From Camelus dromedarius (Eukaryota), in the NCBI RefSeq assembly GCF_036321535.1, contig NC_087472.1, positions 94,304,001 to 94,368,000 of the forward strand: 64,000 nucleotides of DNA. The letters run 5' to 3'. The position numbers and the translations under genes are program-made. The notes beneath the pieces are model-generated. The model searched no databases. It saw nothing but the letters and a program-made list of their open reading frames with translations, and was not told where the DNA came from. Shown here piece after piece: positions 37,250 to 51,240 of the stretch (positions are counted from its first letter, which is position 1; every line of letters starts with the position of its first letter).

Positions 37250-40200
37250 TGTGGGTCACATGTATCTCCTCTGATGGTTCTGTTTATATCTGTTGTTTTT
37301 TTTTCCTTTTGAGATTTTTCATCTTTTGGGTACTTCTTGATCCTTTATATTCTTTATTATGATTTTCTGTCAGTCACACACATTGCAAAGATTTCCTTGT
37401 GATTTGTGCTAGTCTTTCACTTAACAAAATTTCTTAATGGTTTTAAGTTACATTTACCAGCCTTTTTCTTTTCAGCTAGTGCTTGTCATATCTTAGGAAA
37501 TTTTCCCTTGAATCTGATGTATTAAATGTATTTTATATTGACTTGAAAAGTTTCATAGTTTTGCTTTTCAAAATTGTCTTTAATAATGATGGAATTAATT
37601 TTTTCAATGGTTTAAAGGGATTAAATTGCATTCTTTCACATATGTCACCACCAGTTCGTATTTCCTCAAAGGTAGTCAGTGCGGACTGTAGCATAAAATA
37701 ACTTTACATATAAGCTTGTGTCTTTATAGGTCATTTATTTGCTACCATAACACAAAATTCACTTAATCTCTGTTAGGATAACTCTGCCAATAGTTTTGAT
37801 TTATGATAGAGCATATCCTCACATTTGCTCTTTTGGGAGAATGTCTTGGCCATTCTTGGTTTTAGTTCTTTGTAATTTTATGAACAAACTTGTCAATTTC
37901 AATGAAAAATCTTCTGGGAATCCATGTTGTAATTATATTGAATCTGTAAACTAATTAGTGATTAAGTGACCTCTTACTGCTGTTGAATCTTCTTGGCCAT
38001 GAATGTAATATATATCACTGTTTATTTAGGTCTTATTTAATGTCTTTCTTTTAAAAAATTATTTATAATGGGATTGGCCATATGTTGTTGTTATTATAAA
38101 TGATATGATTTCTCCAACTTACCACAGTGAAAAATTTCAAACTGAAAATTTAAAAGACTAATATAACACTGACCTCCATATCATCCACATAAATTCAAAA
38201 ATTATTTATATTTTCTCCATAGAATGAAAGAGAAAGGATATAAAGTATACTGTTAACATAAAAATCGTGTGTGTGTGTGTGTGTCCATATCAATACTTTT
38301 GGCTAACTCAAGAAGTTTTAACCCAGTGGTTTTAGCATTCTTTGATGATCTTATCCATGGGTGGGGGTTATAAAATCATGGTTTTTCCAATTCTGAGATT
38401 CTTTGTACTTTTTTTAAGGCATAATTTTTTCTGTAAAGAAGAGCTTTAAACTCCCCTTCTCTCTTTTGTATGGTTTTGTGTTTATCACATTGTACGTATG
38501 GTTCTTATTTTTTCCATGTTTTATAATTTATTTAAAATTTACAGTAAATTAAAGTTACTCTTTTAGATGCTCAGATTGTTCCCAACTTGGCTTTTCTGAA
38601 CACTTCAAGCTGGTCCCCGTGTCTTATTGACATGACTTCACTAGTTGTTTCAGTGCTGCCTTGCATATCAGCATGGTAAGGTGTCCCACGCTTACGTTAT
38701 ACTCTCCCTTTTTGCAGACCTAAAATGAAGATTTTTCCTAAGAGCCTCTGAAGCTCTTGCTACTGAAGTGACATTTCCTCTAGGTCCTTTCAGAGGACAA
38801 ACTAGAAATTAATTTTATATGTTTCAAAATTATGTGTTTGTGTGGATATTTCCCATTCAAATTTATCATTACAGGGGTTTCTTAAAATATTATATTTTAT
38901 GTTTGTATCTCTTTTTCCTTACGGTAAAAATGTTGGCTTCTGATGTATTCATTTTCTTGTTTTATACTATAATATGTATAAAATTGTTTCAAAATTGCTA
39001 TATTACTAACATAAATGTTTGTAGTTTTTGCAGTTAGACTAGTATGCTGAAAATTACAGGAAATAATTATTTTCTGTGTGGTTATGTTATCAGTTTGATA
39101 TACACTCAATTTTACTAGTTTCTTTTCTATTCAACTTTTTATTTACTTTCATATTTCAATATGTGAGCTGGTTACATGATTCAAAAATTTAAAGAACATT
39201 AAAGGTACATTCATATATCACGCTCCTGATCTATCACCTGAAACCTGTGATAGCATTTCCATTAAGTCTTGATTTATTCTTCCTATATATCTTTCCACAA
39301 AAGTAAACAAATACATATTATTAGTATTTCCCCTGTTACTTAAATTAAAGAGAGATTACTGTATACACTGCTCTGCACCTAGCCTCCCCATCACCTGCTT
39401 AATCCTGTAAGTCACTGCCTATCTTTAAATTCAGACACACACCTTTTAGTTTTTGTATTACATGGAATTTCATTGTGTAGGTATAACAGTTTATCCTAGT
39501 CGTGTTCTTTATATGGCCATTTAAGTTGTTCTCAATACTTTGTCAATATAAACTAATTTTATTACCAAATGACTTTCAATATAGGTTTTACAATTCTGAA
39601 CTCCCATTAGCAATGTAAACAGTGTCTTTATATGGCCAGTGTGCTTTGGGATTTTTTTTTTTTAACAGGATACAAACTGGATTTTAGTGTAGTTTTAACT
39701 TGCATTTTTCTTATTAAGAATAATATGTAAAAATTTTTTTTTGTAAATTTGAGGTCCAACTAGTATATGTTTAAAACTATATTTTTATGTCTTTCTCTTT
39801 CTATTATGTGTAAGGTCTTTTTCTTCTTCATTTTTAAGAGAGCCTAGAAATTAGCCCTTTGGCTAAAATGTAGGTTACAAATATCTTCTATATTGTTTGT
39901 CATTATTTTTTTTTACTTTATTCATGGAGTTTTGTCCTGTTTTAATTTTTATTATTATCTTTATGTGATTGAATTTTTCCAGCTTTTAATTTATTGGTTT
40001 TGGATTTTAAATTATGCTTCAAAGGCATTTGGCAAATTTCTGGTTATAAAGAAATTAACACATGTTTTATTGCAGTATCTGTGTAGTTTCTCTCTTTTTT
40101 TTTAAAATCTAGATCTCTTAAATATTTAGAGTGTATTCCGATGTGTAATATAAGGTATAGATCCAATTTTGTCATTTTCTAAATGACTATCCAATTTCTA

Positions 40201-40999
40201 CGCCTCTATTAAAATATTTGAAACTTCCCTCTGTACTTTGCTACCTTGCACTTGTCTGTCCATTTATCAAATTGTTTTATTTGTGGAATTCCTATATTTT
40301 CATATATAATAATTCTAATCACCACCTTGCCCCTATACAACTTACCATATTTATTTTCCATATAAAATTTGAGATCAATTTGTCTATTTTATGAAAAAGT
40401 ACTGTTAATTTTATTGGATTTGTGTAAATATACATATCAGTTTTGGAAGAATTGACATCATCATGATAAGTCATACTGCCCAAGAAGAACTGATATCTTT
40501 CCATTTGTTCAAAGGTATTTTGTTGTTTTCTTAAGAAAATTTATGGTTCCCCTGCACATATTTTGAACATACTCAAATTTGATAATTGTATCTCTTTAAA
40601 ATTTGCTTTACCTTTTTTATAACTATTTTAAGGGGGTATTTATTGCATTATACCTTCTAATTGATTATTATTCATACATATAAACAATACTGTATTTTCC
40701 ATGCTGATTTTATTTCCCAGTGATTAGCTTACTATTACTATTGTATTGTTATTGTATTATTAGCTTTAGCATTGCATCCCCTGGATATTTTGGGTACACT
40801 ATGGCATCAGGTACAAATAAAGAGTTCCATCACTTCATTTCAATTCTCATGATCTTACTTGTTTTCTCTTTTCTAATTACATTGGTTTATACATCCATTG
40901 TATTAATACATAGGTGTGAGTATCAATATATAGCTTCTGCCTTTAGTAGGTGTGCTTCTCTTATTTCACCCTTAATTAAAATGCTAGCTTTATGCTGAG

Positions 41000-41095
41000 G
41001 TCTGTCTGTCTATCCATCTATCCATCCATCCATGCATCCATCCATCCATTATCTACCTACTGTATCATTTATCTATCATCTTTCTAGCCATCTAT
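41000..41095. repeat. (TCTG)/(TCCA)/(TCTA)n tetranucleotide repeat
   Basis: Seen directly in the sequence. Confidence 0.85.
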
Positions 41096-41684
41096 GGTTA
41101 AGGAAGCTTCTGTTGATTCTAAGTTTATTAAGTGCTTTTATCAGAAATATTTGTTAAATTTTGTGAGAATATTTTCAGTATCCAGTCTCATTTTGAACAC
41201 TTCTGAAGAAATTGAAAATAAATTATTTATAAACAGAATCTAAGCCCCTCCCCCACAAAAACTACACCATGAACAAGTAGGGTTGTTTTTTAAAATGCAA
41301 GCCTTGTTCAATATTTTAAAAATCTGTTAATATCATTTGCCATTTCTAAGATTTAAGAATCAAAATGAGATTAACTTGTGGTTTCATTTTTTGTACAATA
41401 TTTACCAGATTTAAGTATCAATGCTATTCTTGCTTCATTTAAAAAATATTTTAAATTAAAAATAGAAATACCATGTGATCCAACAATCCCACTTCTAGGT
41501 GTTCATCCAAAAGAATTGAAATCAGGATCTTGCAGAGACTTTTTGCACATCCATGTTCATTGCAGCATTTCTCACAGTAGCCAAGATGTTGAAAGAAACT
41601 AAATGTTAGTAGGTTAATGGATAAACAAAAAGTGGTATATACATACGGTGAAACATTGTTCATCTTTATAAAAGAAATCCTATA

Positions 41685-41815
41685 GGGGAGAGTATAGCTC
41701 AGTGGTAGAGTGCGTGCTTAGTGTACACAAGGTCCTGGGTTCAATTCCCAGTACCTGTATTAAAACAAGTAAACAAACAAACAAATAAACCTAATTACCT
41801 CTCCTATCTCCCTCC
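41685..41815 (+). mobile_element. tRNA-Ala-derived SINE, vic-1-like (camelid)
   Basis: ggggagagtatagctcagtggtagag...ggttcaattccc, tail 'aaataaacctaattacctc'. TSD aaaagaaatcct at 41670-41681 and 41816-41827. Confidence 0.92.
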
Positions 41816-42116
41816 AAAAGAAATCCTGCCATATGTGAGAATATGGCTGAACCTTGAGGACATTATGCTAAGTGAAATAATCCAGTCACAGAAGGACAAA
41901 TACAACATGACTCCATTTATAAGAGGTATCGAAGGTAGTCACACATATAGAAGCAGAGTAAAATAGTGGTTGCCAAGGAGCTGGGGAGGAATGGGGAGTT
42001 TTTATTCAACAGATATGAAGTGTCAGTTATACAAGAGGATTAAGTTCTAGAGATCTGCTGTACAACATAGTGACTGTAGTTAATAATACTGTAATGTACA
42101 TATACAAGTTTTAAGA

Positions 42117-42325
42117 GACTCACAGATACAGAGACCAAACTAGTTGTTAGCAGTGAGGAGGGACTGGGAAGGAGCTATATAGGGCTAGGGGAGTGGGAGT
42201 TACAAACTACTGTGTGTAAGATAAGCTCAAGAGTGTATTGTACAGCATGGGGAATATAGCCAATATTTTGTCATAACCATAAATGGAAAGTAACCTTTAA
42301 AAATTGTATGAAAAAAAATTTTTTT
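42117..42325 (+). mobile_element. Nested L1 3' UTR fragment
   Basis: 'gactcacagatacagagaccaaactag...tgtacagcatggggaatatagccaatattttg'. TSD aagtt(t)taaga. Confidence 0.85.
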
Positions 42326-43233
42326 AAGTTTAAGATGGTAGACCTCACGTTAAGTGTTCTTATCACAATAAAAAATAAAACAAGAACATTTGATTATAAA
42401 TTTTCCTTCTTTTTCTATGCTCTGCAAGAGTTTAGGTAAAGGTAGCAGCATTTTCTCCTTGAGGGTGTAGAAGGATTTCCAATAAACAATTTGAACCTGC
42501 TCCTTTTTTTTAGAGGGCAGTTCTTTGGTAACCCTCTATATTTCTCCCACAAAAATTGGTTTGGTATATTTTTTTTCTATAGGAATACATTTTGGTAAAT
42601 TATATTTCCTAGTAAGTCATTCATTTCACAGAGGTTTCCAAGTTTACTTGTAAAGAGTTTTGCAAATTAGGTCCTCTCTTTTAGGGATTATTTCAGACTT
42701 AGGGTGAATTGTGCTTTTTTTTCTTGGTTAGTTTATCTGAGGATATTTCATTAATTTTTCACAGAAATGAGACATTCATTGTATGTAGTTGTACTACTTT
42801 TCTGGTTTCTAATGCATTAATTTCTCTTGTAAGCCCTATTATTTCCTTCTTTTTGCTCTCTTTTACTATATTTTGTTGTTTGTTTTTAGCTTTTTGAGTG
42901 GAATATTTAATTAATGTATTTTCATCTTTTTCATTTATGTTGATATGAATATTTAAGAGTGTGACTATTTTATCACTACTTTAATTGTATCCCATAGAAT
43001 ATAAAATGCAGTATTGAATTTTTAAATTTCCAAATAGAATTGTCTTTTTGAAAATATATTGGTTTCTAACATATTGAATTGTGAACCAAGTATGCTGTTT
43101 ATATTATTTGCACATATTGAGCTTTCCTTTGTGACCCAATTAACCTCATAAATATCCCAAATACATTTGAGAAAAAATGTGCATCCTCAATTACTGGAGT
43201 GAAAAGTTTGATATGTATTCCATTAGACTTTAA

Positions 43234-43343
43234 AATTTTAAAATTTTATTTTTATTTATTTATTTTTATTGAAGTGTAGTTGATTTATAAAATGTGTTAA
43301 TTCTAGGGAACAGAAATCATATATATATACATATGAATTAGTA
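43234..43343 (-). mobile_element. Very short L1 3' tail insertion
   Basis: 'ttttattgaagtgtagttgattta'. 13-bp TSD cattagactttaa at 43221-43233 and 43344-43356. Confidence 0.85.
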
Positions 43344-46300
43344 CATTAGACTTTAATAATTAGTGTGCTTGGGTCTTTGGCATTTCTAGTGTTTTTCAGT
43401 CCACTTCACTTGGCTTGATTTGAAAGTAGTGTGTTAAGGAGTCCTATTTATTAGTCTGTTTCTATTATTTCTAGTATATCATGTAATTTCTGCTTTATAT
43501 AGGTATGTTATTTAGTGATATTTATAACTGTTATGTCTACATTGTGAATTTGACTTTAAAATTGTGTTCTTTCTTCCTTCTTTCCTTTCTTTTCCTTTTC
43601 TTTTCTTTCTTTCATATTTTAGTGTTTTGACCTGAATTCTGCCTTGCTGAATATAAGGATCATAACCACTACCTTCTCTTTCTCCCTTTTTTTTTTCCCA
43701 CAGTTTCCTGACATACTTTTTTTTATCCCTTTATATTTAGCCTTTCTGAATCACCTTTTAAAAGTTGTATCTCATGATTTCAGCATAGCCTTGGGTTTTG
43801 CCTTATGAGCCACTCTGAAAACAATTTCCATTTAATAGGTGAATCTAGTCTATTTGCTTTTATTGGAATGGCTGATATGACTAATATAGTTAGATTCCAC
43901 TCTATTAAACTGTTCTATATTATGTTTGGTATGTGATATTTCACTCTCTGGTCTTCTCATTTGAGTTTTCTTTTTGGACTTAGGAAGGTTTAGTATTTTC
44001 ACTAGTTGTTACCTTAAACTAATACTCTAACATAATGCTGTTATCCTTCTTATTCTTATTTAGTCATGTCTTTGGTTTATAAGCTTTAAATGCTGTTTCT
44101 TGCTACCCACATATTATCTAAATGCACCCAATGTGCTTATTCTACATTTTAATTCTCCTTGGTTTTTAAGATTCCATTATATCTATTTCATGGAACAAAT
44201 GACATTTATGTTTTAGACTTCAGTTCTTACTTCCAACTGTGTTCTTGATCTAAACCAACTTTTATATCCATTTAATGTTCACTACTAGTCACCTTCCTGA
44301 AGTTTCTCCTGTCATCAGTGAGTGTATGAATCTTATCCTATAGTTACACAAATGTAGTAGATTTGGAAGGGTTTATGAGGACAGTACTTTCTGAATCTGG
44401 CATACCTGTATAACAGTGTTTTTCTTTAGTCTTGTACTTGGAGGACACGTTGGCCACATATAAACTCTTTGATTCTCACTTTATTTTTTTGCATTCCTTG
44501 AAAATGTTGCTTTTCTGCTTCTTTGTGTGTTGCTGTCGAAAAGTCAGATTTAAACTTGATTTTTTTTTCCTTCATTATGTGACATTCTTTTCACCTGGAG
44601 GTCCGGAGGGGTTTATCTTTTAAGTCTAATCATTTTATTAACATATGTTTCAGAATTAACCAATCTGGATTTGGTTGCTGGTGTACATGTCTCATCTGTT
44701 CTTTCCTATAATTACCTTCCATTTGCTCCTTTAGCTGCTTTCTGGAAAGATGGAGATATAGATGTATCTTCCTGTCCACTCACCCTCTCAAAAATATTGA
44801 GCATCATTTTTTGTTTGGTTTTTCTTTTATGCCTGGTTATGTTTTATTTAGTACTGCACATTGCCTATGAAATAATGTAGAAATAATCTGAGAATCTAGA
44901 TAATGAGGCTTTCCCCTAAAGATTTATATTTGTTGACTTCCTTTCACAGCCGGCTTTTGTCCCTAGCTTGTAGCCTTTCCACATGTTTTCTCCAGCCCCT
45001 ACTTTTGGCAGAACCTGCATTCATCATTGTTTACAGCTCTCTCAGTCTGAAATCACTCTTTCTCAGACTCTTAGCTGCATCTTTAAATATTAGCAAATGT
45101 CTCAGTGGGAAATTGAATACAAAATCTGGGCTTATCTCCAGAGTCTTCTCCTTCTTTTTGTAGATCAACAAAGTCTTCCAACAGAAATTTGTTTTATAAT
45201 TTCTCCAATTTTTCTAGATATTCTCAGCAGGAGGGATAAAACAATTTAGTCCCCATTACAAGATGAAGTACTTTATTTCCCTTTCACCATTTTGGAATGG
45301 CTCCCTTTACTTAGCTTGTTGTGAGTTGTTGATACTTAGGAGCAAGTTTTAGTGGCCAAGATAAGTGGTGTTCTTTAGTATTTATAGTAATCTTTATCTT
45401 TATAAAAAAAACACCATTGCATATGGCTGGTGTTTACTTTCTTGGATGAATATTGACAGAATGAAACTAAGTCATGGGCAATAGTAGATAAGTGCCTGGG
45501 CTAGATGTGAAGGCAACACCATTTACCACTGAGCAGAAAGAAAGTGGATTTTCTACAGATAATAGCTCTTGGCTAATTCCAAAGATTTCTTATCATAATG
45601 TTTTGCATATGTTTACTTAGTATCTGTTTTGTTTGTATAGGTTCTCTGGTTTTGTCATTGAAAGTAAATCTTAGTATTGTTTATTTCTTTGCTTTTTTTC
45701 TCTTGCTGTCTCACTAGAGTAGCATCAAATGGTCTTTTACACAGTCAACTTTGTCATTGTTCAGAGTTCATTCCCTCTTTTTTTTTTTAGATTTCTTTAA
45801 CTCTTTCTTGATAACTTCTTAAATTTGAAAATTAACTCATTAGTTTTTATCCTGTCTGGTTTTCTAGCGTAAGCTTTTAAGGCTATCATTTCTCAGTTCT
45901 ACTTGCACCTCTCAAATTTTCGTTTGGAGCATTTCTGTTATTCAGTTATAAGATTTATCTTTATTCTGATATATTTTTGAGCTATTAGTTTTAAAAATAT
46001 TTTAAAGATTTCTAATTGTCTTTTCATATTTCCCCAAAATATGTTAATAATTTAATTTCATTTTTATTAATATACATATATTTATATTTTATGTTTGATT
46101 TATTACTTATTGGAATAATTGTCTTAAAATCTCCTAAAACTTTGGTTTCTTTGGCAAGTTCTCGTCACTCATTTACATTTTTTCGCTTAAATATTTTGAG
46201 CCATGTTAGTAGATTCATACAACTTTAGAAATAAAATATTTACTGTGTATAAAGTAACCATTGTAACTTTAACAATGACTTAGTATCTATTTTAGTTGAT

Positions 46301-47159
46301 AAATCTTCCTTTTGTCTGTATTTTCCTATTTTTTCTGTATTTGTTTATGTTCAAAATTTGTGTAGTCTTTTGCTTTACATGTGTCTCTTATAAAGGGCTT
46401 GTGTTTGTTACTTGGGTGCCCTAACAATTCAGGACAATTTAAAATTAAATGAAATTTTAAAAAAATCATGTGGACTGAAATCAAACCAGAACCTGCTAGA
46501 GTCATATTTCTTTCCAGAATTATCAGATGGGCTTTTATCTTTTTCATTTTTATTTGGTTTGGTTTGGTTTGGTTTTAAACTTCTACCTCATGCCTAAACT
46601 GAATTGGGTAAGTTTCCTTCTGGCTTCCTTCTCTACAGAAAGGTTTTTTACACATTCATAGTTTGCAGTTCCGTTGTAATGCAGGGAGTATCCCATTGGA
46701 CTACCCATTATGGACAGACCCTAGGTTTGAAAATCTTGCCATGATACCCAGTGCAAAAGTTCAAAGTATCCAGGATTTCGTTAGCATACTCAAATTGAAA
46801 GCAAGCTTTGGCACTTCCTTATCACCAAGGGTTCTTGCTTATGCCTCATTTTGGGAAATCTAGAGAGTTCTTACCCTTATGTCAACTCAGTGATATGTAT
46901 ACAAATACATATTTTTTAATGTATAAACCTTTGTTTTTTCAAATACCTCCTGTTTCTCTTATCTCTTACGTCTTATGTCCCATTTCTGTCTTATTTTTAC
47001 TTACTTGGCAGATTACCAATTTTTCTCTCCAACACTTTTGTTGTTCTTTAAATGGTTTTATTAATTCTAAGAGGCCTGTCTTATTCTCTGCTTATTCCTT
47101 TATTTCTCACCTAGATGAGTATTCTTCTCAAATCTTTCTAAAAATCCTAATTAAGAATT

Positions 47160-48410
47160 TTTAAATAGTCTTTTTAAAAAGCAGTTCCAGGTTCACAGCA
47201 AAATTGAAGGGATGGTAGAGAGATTCCGCATATATCTCCTGCTCCCACACATGCATGGCCTCCCCCATTATCAATATCCCCCACCTGGCCCATTTGATAA
47301 ACTTACATTGATACATCATAATCACTCAAAGTCTATAGTTGACCCTAGGGTTCATTGTTGGTATAGTACATTCTATGGATATGGAAAAATGTTAAATGAC
47401 ATGCATCTATCATTATGGTATCACACAGAGTATTTTTACTGTCTTAAAAATCCCCTGTGCTCTGCCTTTTCATCCTTTCCCACCCCAATCCCTAGCAACC
47501 ACTGATCTTTTTATCATCTACATATTTTTTTCCAGGAATTCATATAGTTGGAATCATACAGTATGTAGCCATTTCAGATTGGTTCATTTCACTTAGTAAA
47601 ATGCATTTAAGGGTCCTCCATGTCTTTTCATGTCTTGCTGTCTCATTGCTTCTTACTGCTGAATAATATTCCATTGTCTGGATGTACCACAGATTATTTA
47701 TCCATTTACCTACTGAAGGGCATCTTGGTTTTGGCAACCAAGTTTTGGCAATTATGAATAAAGCTGCTATAAACATCTGTGCGCAAGTTTTGTGTGGACC
47801 TAAGTTTTCAACTCCTTTGAATAAATAACAGAGCACGACTGTTGAATCATTTAGCAAGAATATGTTTAATTTTATAAGAAACTGACGAACTGTCTTCCAA
47901 AGTGGCTGTACCAGTTTGCACTCCCACCAGCAATGTATGAGAGTTCCTGTTATTCCACATCCTCACCGACACTTAGTGTTTTGGATTTGCTTTAATTTAC
48001 AATTCCTTAATGACATATGATGCTGAGCACCCTTTCATATGCTTATTTACCAGATGTGGTGAGGTGTCTGTTAAACATTTTGCCCATTTTTTAATTGGAT
48101 CCTCATTTTCTCATTGTTGAGTTGAAGAGTTCTTTGTACATTTTAGAGCACAGGCCTTTATGAAATATGTCTTTTGCAAATATTTTCTCCCAGTGTGTTG
48201 TTTGTCTTCTCATTCTCTTGACAGTGTCATTGGCAGAGAAGAGGTGTTAATTTTAATGAAGTCCAGCTTATTAATTATTCATTTAATGGATCATACATGG
48301 AGCAGACTTTGCCTTGCTACATCACTTCTCTGACAGATCTAAGAATTACTAATTTTTCAATTTGTTTAGCTTTTTGCTTGTTGTTAGGATGGAGTGATGA
48401 CACCAGAAAT
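47160..48410 (-). mobile_element. L1MC1/2-like 3' end with ORF2 C-terminus
   Basis: 'gcagtt..aggttcacagcaaaattga'. ORF 47540-47857(-) encodes MFIAALFIIAKTW..PRCPSVGKWINNLWYIQTMEYYSA. Confidence 0.9.
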
Positions 48411-48909
48411 CTAATGATCAAGTTTTTAAAAATAAATGTTTTCTATATCTTAAATTATCCTTTCTTCTTTAGAATTTGCTTATCTTGCTAGCAGTTTATT
48501 ATCTATCATTTATCCATTGATCTAATATATTTTAACATATATTTAGTCTCTTTTTTTTTCACATTCCAAGATTTCTTCAGCAGTCTGGTGGTCTATAGGT
48601 GCCCATTTACATTAATGATTGAGGGAATAGTAAAAAAAGACAGGGTGTGCATGTGCATGGTCATTTCTTCAGTTCCAGTTCCATTTACCATTAACCATGG
48701 GAAAAGAAGCATTTCTTTAAAGAAGCATTTTCCTCTCCCATGGCTGTTTACCTTTCGTGATCTCTTACCATCATTACAGGAGTATTAGCAAGATCTTGGA
48801 AACTTGACCATGCACTTTCAGATAAATCAGTATCCTGCCAGAAGAAGTATTTAGCCTCTTGGCCACCCTCCACAGCCCCTACATTTGGGACCAGATTTTA
48901 CTGCCTTTA

Positions 48910-49615
48910 TGTGATATACATTATTTGCAGATTTCATATTGGATAAATTGCATGCTGATAATATTCATTTGTAACCTCAAAATAAATATGCATAGTGCTT
49001 TCACAGTCATTCATAGATATGTGCAGAGTGATGGAAATTTTGAGTTTTGCCCAATGTGCATGTTCCCAGCTGAGTTCAAACAAGGCAACACTCAGCATTC
49101 CTGTCTCAGCTCTCACACTATAAACAAGTGTCCTTTCTGCAGTCTATTTAATGCCACATTTTTGTGCTTTTTCTTGGTGATTTCACTTTTTAAAATGGCC
49201 CAAACCATAGTGTTTATGTGCTATGTAGTGCTCCTAAGTACAAAAAGGCTATGATATGCCTTATGGAGAAAGTACACATGTTAAGTAAGTTTCATCAGGC
49301 ATAAGTTACAGTGCTGTTGGCTGTTAGTTCAATGTTAATGAAATCAAATATAAATATCTATATATCTATATCATATATATATCTATATATCTGTATCATA
49401 TATATATATATATGTAAATAAATAAAATAAGATGTCTTTAAATGGAAAGATACATAAAACAAGGTCAGATGATGAAAATATGACCAGAAGCTCACAGGAA
49501 TCTAACCCTGTATTTTTCCTAGTAACAGTGGTTTAGTATTTACTAATTCTGAAATTTTGTGGTTTGTGGTGACTTTATAGAACTTAACTACCACAAATGA
49601 TGAGAATTGACTGTA
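48910..49615. mobile_element. MER82-like TcMar-Tigger element with internal (TA)n
   Basis: Right TIR 'aactaccacaaatgatgagaattgactg' + TA; internal 'ttcccagctgag', 'cagtgctgttggc..tagttcaatgttaatga'. Confidence 0.85.
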
Positions 49616-50774
49616 CTTCAAAACTTGTGATTGGTTGAAGGTTGTAGTTGCTTCATTGCTTCTTTGGAAATATTTATTTCTATTTCTGTTTCATTTCTTC
49701 ATTTGGGATGATTTCATGGAAGATGGGGGGAAATGGCTTTATTCCACCATCTTTATCTAGAAATATAGTATATCATTTTACTTTTATGATACTGACCTAA
49801 AGTTTTTTTTTCCAAAGAATATTTCATTTTGATATCAAATGGCCCATGGTTTTGTCTATAAAGGGTCTATTTTGATGATCTGTAATTTTAGTATGTGGTT
49901 TTCAAGTTAGGATTTGGAAATTTGAGTTCTTTCAAAATCGTAGGACTCAATTTGTTTGTAGTTTGGAGCAGTTTTTATTCCCCTACCTCTAAAAACAACC
50001 CATTAAGTATTTTAATTCTAGGAAAGTTTTTAAAAAATAAAATAATATGAGCCTAATCACAATTTTTATAAAGGTATATAGTGAAGAGTTTGTTCCATTT
50101 AGCTTTAGGGAAACGAAATCTCCCTTATTTTATTAAATTTTTAACTTTCTATATCTTGAATTGGATCTATACTGAATTTTTGACAAAATAGTATGGCATT
50201 GCTTGGAAAAAGACAATCAGTAAGATATTCTTGACTTCAAAAATAGATTAATTATTTATAATTAGGCTTCAGATGTCTGAACAATCTCCTGCATAAAAGT
50301 GGATATGACAAAGGTAGAAAAAAAGATAATTGTTCTTATATAAGGCATTACTCTAAATTATCCAACAATGTTATAAATGCTTGTAGAGGGTAATTGGTAA
50401 TAATTTTGCTTTTTTCTGTGTGATATTGCTTTCAGGAGCTTTTACCTAATATGGAATCAAGTAATTCCCTTACAAGAATAAAACATTTTTCTACCATTAC
50501 TAATCAAAGTAAGACATGTTCTCAAGAAAACTCAGTGGACCAGTGTTCAGCCAGAGCTAAGTGTCCATTCTGAGAACAAAAGTTGTGAGCTAGATTTCTG
50601 AGAAGAGCTGTAATTCTGTTCAGTATACACATCTCTGCTGTCCACTTAAGACAGTCTAATATAAATCATATCAGTGCCTTAGAATTCACTTAAAAAGTCA
50701 TGAGTTCTGTTCCATCTCTGACATTTAAAATGCTTGTAAGTTGTCACTCTTACCCTAATTACAGGAAAAAAACT

Positions 50775-51240
50775 AGGCACTTTACCTCTGTGCTCGTCTT
50801 CCTGTAATGCTGTCTAATCATGAGAAAAACATCAGATAAATCTCAGTCGAGGGTCACTCTACAAAATACTTAACCAGTGCTCCTTGAAAATCTTAAGGTC
50901 ATCAGAAACAAGGAAAGTCTGAGAAATGGTGGTCATAGCCAGGAGGAACCTAAGGAGAGAAGATGGAATGGAATGTAGGATCCCTGATGAGAGCCTAGAC
51001 TAGGAAAAAGGACAGTAGTGGGGAAAAAAAAAAAAAAAAGGAATTCTGAATAAAGTAGAAATTTAGTGAATGATAATGTGTCAATATTGGTTTATTAATT
51101 TGTGACAAATGTACCATAATTAATATAAGATGTTAATAATAGGGAGTACTGGATGTAGGATATACCAGAACTCTATTACCTTAGCAGTTTCCTATAAGTT
51201 TAAAATTATTTTAAAATTAAAAGGTTATTTTAAAAAAATC
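50775..51240 (+). mobile_element. L1MC/MD 3' end
   Basis: 'tctaatcatgagaaaaacatcaga...caaggaaagtctgagaaa...gtgacaaatgtacca...aagatgttaataatagggga'. Confidence 0.85.

Larger units (their letters stand above)
41445..42383 (+). mobile_element. L1 3' end (L1MA-like) hosting a SINE and a second L1 tail
   Basis: ORF 41378-41602 contains LKIEIPCDPTIPLLGVHPKELKSG (ORF2 C-terminus); ends 'gttcttatcacaataaaaaataaaa'. Confidence 0.9.
36135..47150 (-). mobile_element. Composite block of old, mostly antisense L1 (L1ME/L1MC-like) fragments with nested insertions
   Basis: Continuous T-rich antisense L1 3' UTR/ORF2/ORF1 remnants; ORF 40319-40504(-) 'HKIDKLISNFIWK' is a decayed ORF2 piece. Sub-boundaries not resolved. 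Confidence 0.75.
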
